Source of the DNA: Marsupella aquatica
Taxonomy: Eukaryota; Plantae; Marchantiophyta
DNA length: 64,000 nt
Direction: 5' to 3'
Assembly: GCA_973895155.1 (NCBI GenBank)
Contig: OZ316896.1
Location: 11,546,830 to 11,610,829, forward strand
Shown here in pieces: positions 13,708-26,800 of the stretch. The translations under genes and the position numbers were made by a program. The notes under the pieces were generated by a model. The model was not told the DNA's origin. It saw only the letters and a list, made by a program, of their open reading frames with translations, and did no database searches. Positions within the stretch are counted from its first letter, which is position 1. Each line of letters begins with the position of its first letter.

Positions 13708-13860
13708 GTTATGGTAAGTGCACATCAAAAGCAACACCCAATAAGTAGGAGGAACACCAGATGAGTGATGGGGTTGGGAGAGTGTCCTACCAGTCCAAAC
13801 CCCCCCGTCATGGTAAGTGCACATCAAAAAACAACAGCTTAATAAGTAGAAGAAACAACA
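13708..13860. repeat. ~100 bp-period imperfect duplication
   Basis: atggtaagtgcacatcaaaa..caaca...aataagtag occurs at ~13711 and ~13810. Confidence 0.65.
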
Positions 13861-16194
13861 CTCTTTGATGTAAAAGAATAATGAAGTCTATCTTGGTATG
13901 TAAAGCCCAATCAACCTGTGGGCAATTGCTCTTTTCCCTCGCCAATCGACATATAAGCTAGACAAAGAATGAAAGCCCATCCCACCAAGTGGAGCACAGC
14001 AGCAAGAATGGTGAAGTATGCACATGTTGCGCTCCTCAAATCCTCGATGTTGTAAGTGATGGGCACCTCTCTCTTTCATTAAGTGTGGGCTACATCATCA
14101 TCTTATCGGCCGGATTTGCAGCTGTGCCAGTCACAGTTCAGTGAGGAACTTAGACTGAGAGCGAACTGGAATGCACTCCCAAGAATTACATCTTGACGTG
14201 AACCGCTGCTTCGACACTAAGGATGGGGAATTTTGAGACAGGTTTGTAGCGTTAGCAGTGACCTATGAAATAATGGGTACGTCACCATTTTGTCAGTCGA
14301 TCTTTCTCGCCATCGGTCCATCAAATCACAGCATTAATCACTGTCTGTCTGATAGGTCGTTTTCAATCTGGGTTTCTTGTGGATTGATGGTCTTTGGGAA
14401 GAGCACGATGACTGTTCTGGGCTGATTCAAGGCAGTTGCGGATAAACTGGGCTCACTGGTGGACTGATGTGAACGACAATCAAGTCTGTGCCTTCGTCCT
14501 CACGTCGAATCCTGTAATTCAGTGCTATAAGAAAGCACTCCTACCACATTTATGTCCTTGAGTTCAGACAACCACCAGACGGGCACCCGCAGTCCACGTC
14601 CACACGTCCATTCACCACCGTCTTTGAATGTCTTTCCCGACTCTGAATGTTGTGAAATGAAGGTCACATCGACTAGCTCCTGTGGGAAGATCCTGACAAC
14701 ACACCACTCCATTCAGTGGTTCCAGTCCGTTTTTATCTTTTTCCAGTTCTGACTTGTTCCTGTTAAGGTAATACAATTACTAATCTAGTAAGGCGTTGCT
14801 ACCATGCAACCGAAGCTCTGCTCTTCTCGTGCATTTATGCAATCTCTATTGCAAAGCATTGGCCTGGGCTGAACTAGCTGAAAGCTGGAATTATTCAAAT
14901 TTACTCTGCAGTTCATTAGGTTCTTGGATGAGCTGATTAATCTCGAAAGGGGATTTTAGCTCGGGGCTTTGGCACAAACTAGAGTTCCTCAATCCTTCAC
15001 GCTGAACACCGTCACCAAACTTCCGTCCACCAAGGCACCATTATTTTCCTAGAAATGACTGTCTCGCTCGTGCAATGCTGGCGGGCTTGCTGGCTCCATG
15101 TTGTTAACCACTTGCTAATTAATTTTCATTCTTATTGGTCGGTGTGTAGTCTGCGTTGGATGGAGGAATGTTGGGAGCTGGTGCTCTCGTGCGATTGTCT
15201 GGTGATCGTGATGCTGTCCTGATTGGAGATCACGGGGCGTAGCTTCGATCGTATTCCACCACGTGCCCATGCAGGAAGCGCACGAGAAGGTTTAGATCTT
15301 GCCAGAGGAGGAGGCCCTCCAGCTCCGCGGAAATGATGTTCCAGTTGTCTTCTACTAGTGCTGCTCCCGCAATTTGCAAGACTTATAGCCTCGAGCCTCA
15401 AATCTACTCCTGACCGTTCAGAAGCTCCTTGCTGCAGTGGAGAAGGGCTTAGGACTAATGTCAGTACATTAACCACACACAATACCGTAAACAATGTACT
15501 GTCAGAAATTGGAGTAGGGCAAATAGTTGTTGCGTGATCTAAAGGCTGAGGTACTCCTCTCTGGGCGCTCAAGGCAGGAAAATTTTGAGCTGCAGCACAC
15601 CTTGTATAGTTGTATTGATTGGAAAGTGTCTTCAGCAGCAGCAGGCAAACGGGTAATCAAGAGGCAGAGGTACAGACGAAAGGACGAGCAGCTCACCTCA
15701 TCATAGCATTGCAATTTGTTCACTGGTTTGCAGAGGGCGTGCCATTATCTATGGACATGGGTTCAGTACAGTCGTCATTGTGCTTCCGGGCCAAGTAACT
15801 GTGAATAGCCAGAAGATGGCGGCATGGTCCCGGTCCAGATTCTATACGTGCTTCGTATATCTCCTTTTCTTGCATCGAGTGCAAATGCAGAGACTTCCTC
15901 GATCTTGTCTCCCTCCTTTTGTCTTCATTTAATGTGTCCATTACTGTTTATACCAGTCCTTTCTGTCAATGTCTTGACCGACATTAAAAAACAAATGGAG
16001 CTACTAAAATTCTTACAGAAAAACTAGAACCACTGGCGCTTCCCTAAATTCGAAGATTGGGCAGAAGACAAATTGTGCTGGGTTCGCAGTTGATGTCAAC
16101 GAGCCTAAGCCGGATGAATAACACCAATCAGAACTGACAGCCGCAGCTTTGTTTGCCGAGTACTCTTTTTGCTTCCTGGGAAGGTAACTATATT

Positions 16195-16490
16195 TGCTTT
16201 GATTTGGCGTTTAAACAATATAGAGAGACCATTCCGTTCAGATTGGCACAACTGTTGTGATCCTGTTGTCCAATCATCATTCATATCGCTACTTCTCCTA
16301 GTGCTCAAGGTTCTCAGGAAAGCCATCACACAATCCGTGCTTTCATTTGGCGTTTTAACAAATAGAGACCATTCAGTTGAGATTGGCAAAATTGTTATGT
16401 GACTGTTCTTCAGTCCTCAACGTTGATCATTGTTATCGCTACTTCCGCTTACAGCAGTAAGGGCTCAAGGTTCTCAGGAAGCCCATCCTG
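16195..16490. repeat. Diverged tandem duplication (~145-160 bp unit) downstream of TFB4
   Basis: The blocks tttggcgttt.aaca..tagagaccattc.gtt.agattggca, tatcgctacttc and gctcaaggttctcaggaa.ccatc each occur twice in the same order. Confidence 0.75.
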
Positions 16491-16982
16491 GTTTTCCATC
16501 CACCAAGAGATCCCTATGGTAGCTGATTTTCTACTTCGTATTGCAACATGTCAGGATCTCTTTACACAGTCTCGGTATACGGCATTGTGTCTTCTGTTAA
16601 TTGTCTTCGTTCAAGGTTCCTTGAACTTGGAAGCATGTGCGCAGATTACTCGAGAAAAGGGCTGTTGGAATGAAGCTCGGACGATTTCTTCTGACGACTC
16701 GAACTGCTGACTGGTAGATGGTTTGCTGTGGAAAAACTGTTAAAACTGATGCCTTCATCAAATGCGGAAGGAAATTTTAATTGAAAAATAACGGCATCGT
16801 CTCAAGGCTGTAGAAGATCTCTCATGCGTATTTGAAAAAGTATTTGCCTGCCCCACAGCGAAGGAATGGTTCTATGGCAATTTGCTAAATTTCATCATTT
16901 AGAATACCGAAGGTTGACCCTTGACCAAATCATCTTGGCTTTAAACAACAGAAAAGCCGCCCTCTAATCTTCATGTACCTGC

Positions 16983-19900
16983 CTAGCCCTTTTGCCTTTG
17001 AGCACCTGTGTGAAAGGTCGCCCTGCACAGACATTGAAACGTGGCTGGTTATGACAACAGCCACAAGTCTCATACCAGTGTTCAAAGTAAACGGTACATT
17101 AGCTGGTCTATTGTGGGTAGTTGAAGTAAACTGACGAGTCCGTCCAAAACCTTTCAAATGGGATTGTGACTGACTGAAAACAGATGAAGCAGCCGTTAGC
17201 AGACCTACCCACAGGTTGAGCATGAGCGCTGTCCCTTGCAGAATATGGATAAGCACACGGAACACACAAATCCCATGTCAATTGATTTCTTGTGACAAAA
17301 ACACCTGCATTTGGCCCCGATTTGACATTATGTTAGTCACTTATTTCAAAACTTAATTTTGTGACTTGAAGTCTTTGATACTGATTTAAACGTAAAAACA
17401 TCAGATGTCTAGGCTCCTTTGTACCACTGTGTGGGCATACGGCAAAAACTTTTCTATGAGCCATAACAAGACAGACGAACAATAATACCACAGCCTAACC
17501 ATGCCGCAAACAAACCAGAGAAAAACAAGACCGAGGTAGCTTAGAACGGGCATCTATGAAGCAACTTTGTAGGGAAATGCCATCTGCCATCAATGATCAA
17601 GACGGGTAAATTGGAGCCGTTCGGCATATATCCGTCCAGGAACACCCATTGCTCAATTGATGCGAAACTGCTCCAATTTATAAGTCATGATCATCAAGCA
17701 TATTTCAGTCAAAAACAAAAAATGCACTAAGAAGCCTTTTTCTGGTGGTTTAATTACTCAACGAAGCGAATCATAAAATCAATACACGCAAAAAGTTTAT
17801 CGTGCGGAAAGGGATTGACTCGTCTTACGATGCCCGAAAGTCAACCCCACTGGCCCGTGGTAGCTGCAAAAACTTCCGTGAGTAAAGGTCTGTTGCAAAT
17901 ACCATCTGCAAGCAGGAAACCACAGAGAAGCGGCATTATCCTACAAAGCCTTCCATTTTAAACCCCACTTCAATCTGCAGGAATTTTCGTGCTGCAACTG
18001 AGTACTGCTATTAACTCATAATGTGGCCTCAACCCAGTTCTATAACACCGAAATATATTCAGAAGAGGAGACATCTGTCAAGATAGGACTGGAGATAGAA
18101 CATCAAGAGGTTCCTCGGGAGTCACATATCCAGCTGTCGGGAGTCCCAAGCTCATTCCACGTGAAAAGAGCACTAAAGGGACGTGTGACCAGCAGAGATG
18201 AAACTTACAGATAGGTACTCGAACAAGCCATCTAACCACGGTGGCTTTAAATAGATTCCTCCGGTAATATGTGTCGCCTGTTGTGTAGTCAGTCAAGTTG
18301 AACAGAACTGAAATAGCGTTAAACACAGGACTCTCGTAGGCAAGCTCCATGACAGTAGGAGAACCACAACGATGCAATGTCCACGCAAGATAGTGTTCTG
18401 CCCATCGTTTTATGAAGATAGAAAGCATCCCTTACCTGTTGCAAGAAGGCAGAATGAGCACTTCCAACAACACATGCATCGATTGGCACCTGCACAAGAA
18501 TGCGGGTCACGTATAGCTTCACCTGGCATCTCTGATAAATCGCTATAGCACATGCCTAGGTATCTCCATAATTGTCCTCCAAAACCCATACTGAAGATAT
18601 CTCTTCTATGCAAATAATCCAAAGTTTTCACCTTCGTTTCATTGCACTGCTTTCTGGGGGGGTCTGGTTTCTAGTAATGACTTGAGATAGACGAGAATTC
18701 TAAGGAAGTTATGATTCAGAACTGACCTGTGATCGTTGCGCGGAAAAAATTGCATTCATCACAGCAATATATCTGGATGATTGTATGAAGCAATGCATTA
18801 CAGATCACATGTAAACCAAGGGAGACAGCATTTGATGATGTAAAAAGAATTTTGCTTAAACTTGCAAGTTTGGGTACAAAAGAGTACAGTACTGTGGTGA
18901 AGCGTCTGGTGATCCTTGTAGGCACAAAATCTGCCAACAAAGTATACGGATCAAAAATCCTTTGCAGAGCCAACATGTCACTGTACTTGACGAGATTTTG
19001 ACAAACTCATGGCTGAACGGCCTCTTAACAAGCGACATATGGCAGAACCTCATGATAAAATTCTGCAGCATATCCAGTAGATGCAAGCAAAGACGACCCT
19101 CTGTGTTTCTCGAAATTCGGACCTCGGACAGCTCATAACAAAGAAGAAAGGTGATCCGAAAAGTTAGATTTTGTAGCCACCAAATGGCAACTCTGAAACT
19201 GAAACACGTACCCTTGGTTGGGGACGTGGAGAAGGACCTCGCAGAACTCTCTGGATGTCTGGCAGCGTACAGAATTAAGGAAGGGTAATCCAGAAAAAGT
19301 CTTCAACTGTAATGAACATTTAATAGACATAACTACAGACGCCTATTTCATCACAAAAACAGTTACTTGTCTTCCTCAGACAAGTAAGATTATAACCAGG
19401 AGCAATTGCTTGTACTATGTACCGAATTCAAGAAATGCAGGAACTGACAGCCTCCATTTCAACAGAAACTTCAAAGTTTCGATGCGACAAACTGCCTAAA
19501 CACCAGAGGATACGACATAAGGCCATGGAGAGGGATCCTGATAGAAGAGAGTATCTGTTATCTTCCATTCCCTGATTCAAATCGTATACAGTTTCTTTAG
19601 ACATAAAATCGTGTAACTTCTCCGTGATTTTCTCCACTATAGATTGCCTATTGGTGGAAACTCTATTTCGAGCTCTATCTGACACATCGCTCTCTGAAGA
19701 ATCGAACAGATATGCACTGCATCAAAAGGATGAAGAGATCTCGTTAGAGTACTCAAACAGCTGCATTTGGCAAGCATAAGTGGAATCCTCGATGATATTA
19801 TTCTCAAAGCCCAAAGTGAGACAACCTAAGGTGAGAAAACCTTGTCCTCACATGGAAACTGACTGACAGATGGACTGCAAAGTTCAATATGTATTCGAGA

Positions 19901-20510
19901 GACCCAGGCAGCAACCACACTCAAAACTCAAGTTTGCTATACCAAAATCGATGTTAGCATCCAGAGCAGAGTGCAACATCATACCAGGAAGTAGCACCCG
20001 TAGCTACAACAACAACTTGATTAGCCTGATTTAAGAGAAGCATCGAATTGATGAAGAGAAAGACCTGCAAGGAGAGGCGGACACAACGTTAGCCTGAGGA
20101 GAGCGCTTCCCACGTCCAACCGTATGCACAACCTCAAAATTGAATTACGAGTCGCACCATTTTTTCAAGTGTGCGGTTTGGCTATAACATCCATTAACAT
20201 CAAAACCTCCTCCCCATGAGTCTTACATGTTCTAGAAATCGGTCGAATGTGAAACTATCAGGAGCTGTGGAGCTCGATCCATTGCTAGTCTTCCCTCCCC
20301 AGAAATAAGGATTGGCCTCCAAAAGTACGACCACATAGCTCACATCGTCTGTGCAAAGCAATTACGGGAACCACAATGTCACATTGTCGACAACGTGGCA
20401 ATCATTCTGCTGGAATTGTTCTTCAAAACCTAGGAAATACCGACACCTGCGCAAAATCTATGATGATTTCTTACATAAAGAGACAAACCTTTAACGTCAA
20501 GCCCGTCCAT
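16983..20510 (-). CDS. TFB4: TFIIH core subunit TFB4/p34 (GTF2H3), ~297 aa, 12 coding exons
   Basis: Exons 20510-20489, 20348-20227, 20064-19985, 19716-19514, 19258-19212, 18930-18893, 18772-18727, 18489-18436, 18277-18209, 17905-17829, 17304-17209 and 17022-16983 total 894 nt with all phases compatible. Translation gives [125 protein letters not shown]..CSTCG (vWA-like domain plus C4 zinc finger). The first exon (MDGLDVK) is the least certain. Confidence 0.95.
19259..19513 (-). other. U12-type (minor spliceosome) GT-AG intron of TFB4
   Basis: The 5' splice site is GTATCCTC. A branch sequence TTCCTTAAT lies at 19282-19274, ~13 nt before the AG, with no long polypyrimidine tract. The flanking exons join in frame (C|AC). 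Confidence 0.88.
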
Positions 20511-21149
20511 CACTCAGAGGCTTGAGTTTCAGACACGACAAGAGCCCACTAACACTCTCAACTGCACATTGCATGAAAAAGGTTTCACTAACTGCACAAC
20601 GAAACATGTCCGACGCATAAGGTTAAAAACAATTAGGTCACTTCAACCAGAACTAATCGCTACCAAGAAAATCGTCCAAGACGAAAGCACCACACTGGCA
20701 AAGCTCGGGCCATGCGAGAGTCTAGTTATGAGCAAACTGCTGAGCGAAAACCGTGAAGAAGATCCTGGGACCAGTGAGAAAGAAGGGGGTAACAATGCTG
20801 GGCACTTTTCGAGCAACAGTTCCGTCGCTCCCACGTGTGAGGTATGGAGCGAGATCCCTGCTTAGCTACAGCATGTGTTGCACAAAGCGCTGCTATACTC
20901 ACGCTCCCGAAATAGCGAAAGGAGGACACAGAGGAACGAGAACACCGTCTCTGTACCAAATCATCAGAACATGCACACGATGGCTGAGGAGAACCCGGAA
21001 AAAATCTCCTGCGAATTTGTTGGACAAAGTCCGCTACTGCACCCAAGAAATCCCCGCGACCGAGTGGTAGAAATTTGCTGATACAAGCAGGCCAGTTATT
21101 CACTCCTTCCATTCCTCGACTAAATCTTCCCGGCTGCAAATAACCATCC

Positions 21150-21940
21150 GCCCTGCTTGCCTCACGAACACCCCATTCCCCGCCAAACTCAGCGGCATAG
21201 AAGCCGTGTGGACGACAACATTCCACTCCAAATCCTCGCTTTACAAGAAACCCATCTCACGAGAGGAGCTCGCCTTCTATCAGTCCCTGGTTCTCGCAAA
21301 GAACAAGGGATACAACAATCATTTGAGCATGAAGGAAGAAGGGATGCAGAGATTTCTTCTCTGCTCACTCACTCACTCACTCGCTCAGAATCTGCTTGCC
21401 TCATGAACACCCCATTCCCCGCCAAACTCAGCGGCATAGAATCCGTGTGGACGACAACATTCAACTCCGAATCCTCCCTTCAGACGACACCCATCTCACG
21501 AGAGGAGCTCACTTTCTTCCAGACCCTGAATCTCGCGAAGAACTAGGGCTCTGGCTCGATCATGATTGTCAAACAATCATGTCGAGCTCCAAATCCTTCC
21601 TTCGGACGAAACCCATCTAACGAGAGGAGCTCAATTTCTTCCAGACCCAGAATCCCGCAAAGAACTAGGGATTTGGCTCGATCATGATTGTCAAACAATT
21701 AATGTTCAGCACAAAATAGCAATGTAGACGAAGACATTCAAGTTCACATCCAAATCTTCCCTTTAGACTAACCCATCTGACCAGAGGAGCTCTCTTGCTG
21801 TCAGACCCTGGTTCTCTCAAAGAGCAACGAATATCACCATCATTCATTTTCATGTCGAGCATAAAAGTAGACAAACCAAAAGCAAGACAAGGGGAAAAAG
21901 GTGCAGAGATTTCGTCTCTCTAATTCATCACTCACTCGGA
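21150..21940. repeat. Tandemly duplicated segments in the TFB4 5' leader/first intron region
   Basis: A ~240 bp-period duplication (21154 vs 21393, gcttgcctca.gaacaccccattccccgccaaactcagcggcataga). The cccatct..cgagaggagctc block occurs 4 times (~21250, 21490, 21612, 21772). The gcagagattt...cactcactc block occurs twice (~21346, ~21903). Confidence 0.85.
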
Positions 21941-22529
21941 ATCCATTACCGCTCATGACTTCATTTAATTCGTGCGTTCTCTCCGATTGCACTGGACACG
22001 TACGGGACTGACTGATCCGTCAGTCAGTCAGTGTCATCTCCGGCGCACATCGCTACGTACAACAGATACAAACGAATGCTGCGGTGTCGAGCTTCGCGGG
22101 CTGCCACGGGACTCCTGCTGTGTGACTAGTTCAGTAGCTTGGTGTGCGCTCCAGTCATCGTTGTGCGGTGAGAGGTGAGGAAATTTGCTTGCGTATAATA
22201 TTATTGCTACCACTGTAGTGGTCTGTCCCGCATCACACAAGGACGGAGGGGAACGAAGAGGGACGGGCAGGGGGGCCGGGGAAGAAGGAGATCTTTCTGG
22301 CCTGACCGCACATCACCTGACAGCACCTGACCTGACACAACTTGGGAGTCATCAGTGGAGTCGCTGTGTGTCTTGTCTCTGGATTTGAACCCGGTCAGGA
22401 TGTCTGGGAGTGCGTGCCGTACCACTGCAGGACTGTACTGTCCTGTTAGTTTGATTTAATTCTCTCCGTCTCTGATTTTTTGGTCCGGGTTCTCGCGTAG
22501 GGTAGGCCGGGCAGAGCGACAGACAGCAT

Positions 22530-22566
22530 TCTGCGGATACGGGCAGGGCAGAGCAGGGCAGGGCAC
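22530..22566. promoter_or_regulatory. GGGCA-repeat tract upstream of the probable TFB4 transcription start
   Basis: gggcagggcagagcagggcagggcac; a similar, larger tract lies upstream of SUO. The regulatory role is inferred from position only. Confidence 0.3.
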
Positions 22567-22609
22567 TCCTACCACTACTACTGCAACAGTGTCGTCGTTG
22601 GGGCAGAGC

Positions 22610-22877
22610 ATTTAATAATGTGGGCCGGGAATGAATCGCAGGCGCAACACTGCCCGGAATGAGAGGTGCTCTTCGATTGCCGTCGATTCAGATACGCCAT
22701 AATCGCCGGGCAGGGCATTACTAGTGTAGCAATAATAATAACTTCGTCGTCGGGGCACAGAGGCTTTTTAAATAATATGGGTCGGGCATGAAACGCAGGG
22801 CGCAACACTGCCCGGAATGAGAAGTGCCCTTGGAGTGCCGTCGATTCCGATCGCCACAATCGCCGGGTCAGGGCAGA
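22610..22877. repeat. ~160 bp-period duplication in the TFB4 upstream region
   Basis: gcgcaacactgcccggaatgaga.gtgc...tgccgtcgattc.gat.cgcca.aatcgccggg..agggca occurs at ~22642 and ~22800. Confidence 0.8.
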
Positions 22878-23555
22878 GGTTGGAGGAGTTCCGACAGACG
22901 GTCTGGCGTATCCGTGCCCCATTCATTCGCATGTATGCATGCGAGAATGGGGGTGTTTATTGCTGTGATGATGATGTATGCACCGGATACAGTACGGCTC
23001 GGACGCTTGTGGAGAATTGGCCCATCAGTCCATGTCTGTCCTTGCTCGCTGACGGTGACCCTACGGTGTCCAGTACCCCGTACTTTCGTACACGTACAAA
23101 ATACCAGGACACACCGTATGTACCGGACAAGTGTGGCGGGAACTCACCAATTGCAATCAACGCTCTGGCATGCCGTTATGGCACAGTGGCAAGCCCTTTG
23201 ATTTCGTATTTCTTTTCTCGAAAGTTATTTTCATTTGACAGTTAACACAATCTACATGTTACGTTAGTCAAAGATGACAACATACGATGTTGAATGGAAG
23301 TGTTGTGAAGCATAATTGAGATTGCACAATAAAAATCCCACGCTACCAATGATGTTGAATGGACCTGCTGTCAACATGATTGAGATTGCGAGACAATATA
23401 GGACATTGCCAGTAGTTGCAACTCATCCTCGTCATTGTGTTTGAGAGAGTACTAGCCTGATAACTAGGTCTTTGAACTTGTTCCTCGAGTGGTATCATGC
23501 TGGTTCAAACATATTGTTGGGAACTATCATGTGTGGAGTTTGAAAGCCAACTCGC

Positions 23556-23637
23556 ATGTGATCATCCAATCCTTTGTCTTCCCTATATTTTTGGAAATGT
23601 GATCATCCAATCCTTTGTGTTCCCTATATTTTTGGAA
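23556..23637. repeat. 41 bp near-perfect tandem duplication
   Basis: atgtgatcatccaatcctttgt(c/g)ttccctatatttttggaa x2. Confidence 0.85.
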
Positions 23638-23868
23638 CAGCTTTTGATTATTTTGTCACTAAAGATATTTTAATTCATAATATTATCATTGTTTTTTTTA
23701 TATTTATATAAATGCCACTATTTTACATAAGGATATCAAATTTACCAAGGTAACTAGAGGAAATATATATGAAAACCGTGACATTTTTATAAATATAAAT
23801 AAAAAATGATAATATTATAAATTCAAACATCTTTAATGGCAATGTAATGAAAGCAGTTTTGAAAAAAA
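23630..23868. mobile_element. AT-rich MITE-like inverted repeat (old)
   Basis: The left arm cagcttttgatta..taaagat...ataatattatcatt.tttt..tatttatata is complementary to the right arm tataaatataaataaaaaatgataatattata...atctttaa...taatgaaagcag. No TSD could be resolved. Confidence 0.55.
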
Positions 23869-26800
23869 TGTAATACGTTTATGATGAGACAAGAGACAAA
23901 TCTTGGTCTCTACTTACCACCTACAAGAGAGTTTCTAACAAGTGTATAATTTATTTTAATTTTCTCTACAAGGCAAAGGTTGGGACCAGCAACTGCCGGA
24001 AACTTTCTGTCCTTGCCTTAGGGGGTACTCACAATTCGAGGTAAATCTATGTATACCATGGAAAGTTTCCATAGATACAGTGAAATCTATGTATGTACCA
24101 TTTCACTGTACATATAATTATATCAATTTTATTTTTCTTTTGCATTGTATGACGTGATGTTTGGCATGACATTATGACAAATCAGTATTAATTCATTCCA
24201 AAGTAAGTAATTTTTTTGTGGCACCTGTAATCAACAATGAAGTAAAACAAACAGCCTTCCACACAACAGACTGCGCTAAGGAATTTTCCAAACCCTGGTC
24301 TCCAGCTGTACTTCAGACCTTGGCTGAATTGTCCATATCCAAAATGGAGTTCAGGTTGGCGGAGAATGTCAAGATAGGATGAATCTCATCTTGTCCACCA
24401 GAAAGTTTTCGATCAACCAAGGTTAAATCTAACATAGGCTGTTGAGAAGCTTTATGTAAGTTGCACTTCATTAATCCCAGTTTTTTTAGAGACGCTCAGT
24501 TTTATATCCCACATATTGACTACTAGTGGTGAATTAAATGTAGTCCAGAGCAGGGTGTGAATTTATCCAGTGTAGTCACTCATCACAATTATATTTTATT
24601 CTTTCTTACATTTTGAATGGCAACTTCTTAAGTACACAAAAGAGAAGTGAAAAGAAAGAATCAAGTGCCAAATAAAAGGGACGTGAGAAAAGGTACGTGT
24701 GATCATTGATTGATGAGCACAGTGAGCTGACAGAAAAAATTCCTAATAGATGCTTTAGCCTCCATGACTATAGAGCTCTCTGCACCTCCAAATGCTCTAC
24801 TGCTGGATGTGAAATAAAACCTCCAAAAATGATTGCACGCGGAAGTAAATATTGCGGAGCCCTCAAATCCCTAGTAGATACTCTAGCCCTCCCCGACTAC
24901 AAAGGTTTCACCTCCAAATGCTCTACAGTAATATGTTGAACAAAACATTTAAACAAAACCTCAAAAAAATAATTTTGAAAACCGACACCAATTGGTGTTA
25001 CTTTTGCTTCTGGATCAAGTTCACATAAATTAGTGTGACTAACACTAATTTGGATATAATATTAATTCTGGCATAATACTAATTGCAGTGTAGTTTACTT
25101 CCAATGGAGCGTTTGCTCATAGGGAAAAGGGACACAGAATGCTTCTCACCTTTGTGTTCAAACATAATATCTAAGCATCAACTTCTTGCATGAGCAGACT
25201 TGAAATGAGGTGAATGACAATTGATAAAAACAAAATAAAGTTTAGGATGGATCATAACGTTTGAAAAATATTGGATAGACCAACACAACTCCCATATTGT
25301 CAGACAAGGGCTGAGATTTGTGTGTTTGAGGCCTCTAGACAAGTATTCTCCTTGATCCTCCAATGGAGTTATTTTGGAGCACTACCAGGCCTTTCCATTT
25401 CCTCATTTGAGTGCTTTTGTCCTTTGCCATTGTGGAGGACCCTCAGGATTCTGGCTCTTTGGTCTTTGTGTGATTTTTCTCTTGTATTCTCCCCTTTGTT
25501 GGGTCTCCTTTGGGATCCTGTTTGGTGTCTTTTGGTCTTGTGCTATACATAAAGTATCTTGAGACAGTTAAAACACATTTCCTTCTGTACAATTGATTCC
25601 ATTTTGGGTGTTAGACTTACCAAAGTTACAGGATGGCCAATTGTGATCCATCAGCATCAATCAGTTCAATAAAACAAATCAGACTTTCTTAATCATTATA
25701 GAGGAAACTGCACAATAAAGGTAATTTCCGAATCTTTACGGAAGCTGCCCAGTAATGATCCCATGGCAGTTGACTCGTATCGAAAGCTGACGCATGCAGA
25801 GATGTGTCCATGTAAGTTGAATGTTGGTACTGTACGCATGATCCATAAGTGCCAGCATGGCATACTTGGTCTACGAGTAGGCTTAATTATAAGATTTTAT
25901 CTTTTTAGTCGATGGCGAATGTCTTTCTCTTTGTGTGCAGAAAAGATGCTAAAGATATGTATTTAATTGTACTAAAAAACCTTTCAATTAATTTGTATCG
26001 TTACATCTTCCTGGATTTAAGGACAATAGTTAGATTCTACAATTAGGGTCTATGAGTAGCTGATAATTGGCTACTTGAAGACAAAAAGCCTTGATACTTT
26101 TAGCTAAAAAGTGCCAAAGACTTTTGAGTAAGGTGGAATTTAGCTAAATCTAGGGACAAAAAGGAATGCTACTAAAGGCCACAATGATAGGCAGAGACAT
26201 GTTTTTTAGTGTTTTTCTCATTTCCTTTTTTTCTACGTGTTTTAAAGGTTAAGGCACATAGGGTAAGTTTACGAGTCACCATAACTCCATGAAACAGAGT
26301 ATTTTTTAAGGTTTTTACTTCCTGGCATAGTGGCTAATGTCGAGTGTGTGATGGAGAAGATGCTCAAAATATTCTTTATCTGATAATTTTTCATGACGGT
26401 CAGATCTGCCTACATTTAAGGACAACTGTGAGATTGGCTAATGAAACAGAAAAATACTAGCCAATTTTTGCCAAAAAAGGCAAAAACTTTTTGGGGAGGT
26501 GGAATTTGGTGAATTTTGCCACTACAAAAAATGCTGCCATGGAAGTCTGTTATTAATATAAGATTTGAATATTAGACCTCCCACAATTTAAGATCCACCA
26601 AGAGGTATCATTTGTGTGAATCTCAGGCTGTTTGGCTCGTTGGTCTCTTTGGGGTCAAGAAAACTCCATTATACTATATTTGACCCATTTCCTAGATTGC
26701 TCGTTTTCGGTTCATTTTTTGGGTCTCATGTGTTTCTTGGCTTGATGTGGTTTATTTGCGTGAGGCGGAATGTGGAATCATCGTTACCGGCTCCCATACA

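Noticed and set aside
16236-16285. C/D snoRNA-like ATGATGA...CTGA on the minus strand
   Set aside because: The boxes are only ~45 nt apart and are not conserved in the duplicate copy.
20569-21620. Several 70-166 aa ORFs upstream of TFB4
   Set aside because: No recognisable domains. They arise from UTR/intron duplications, and copy differences are mostly non-synonymous.
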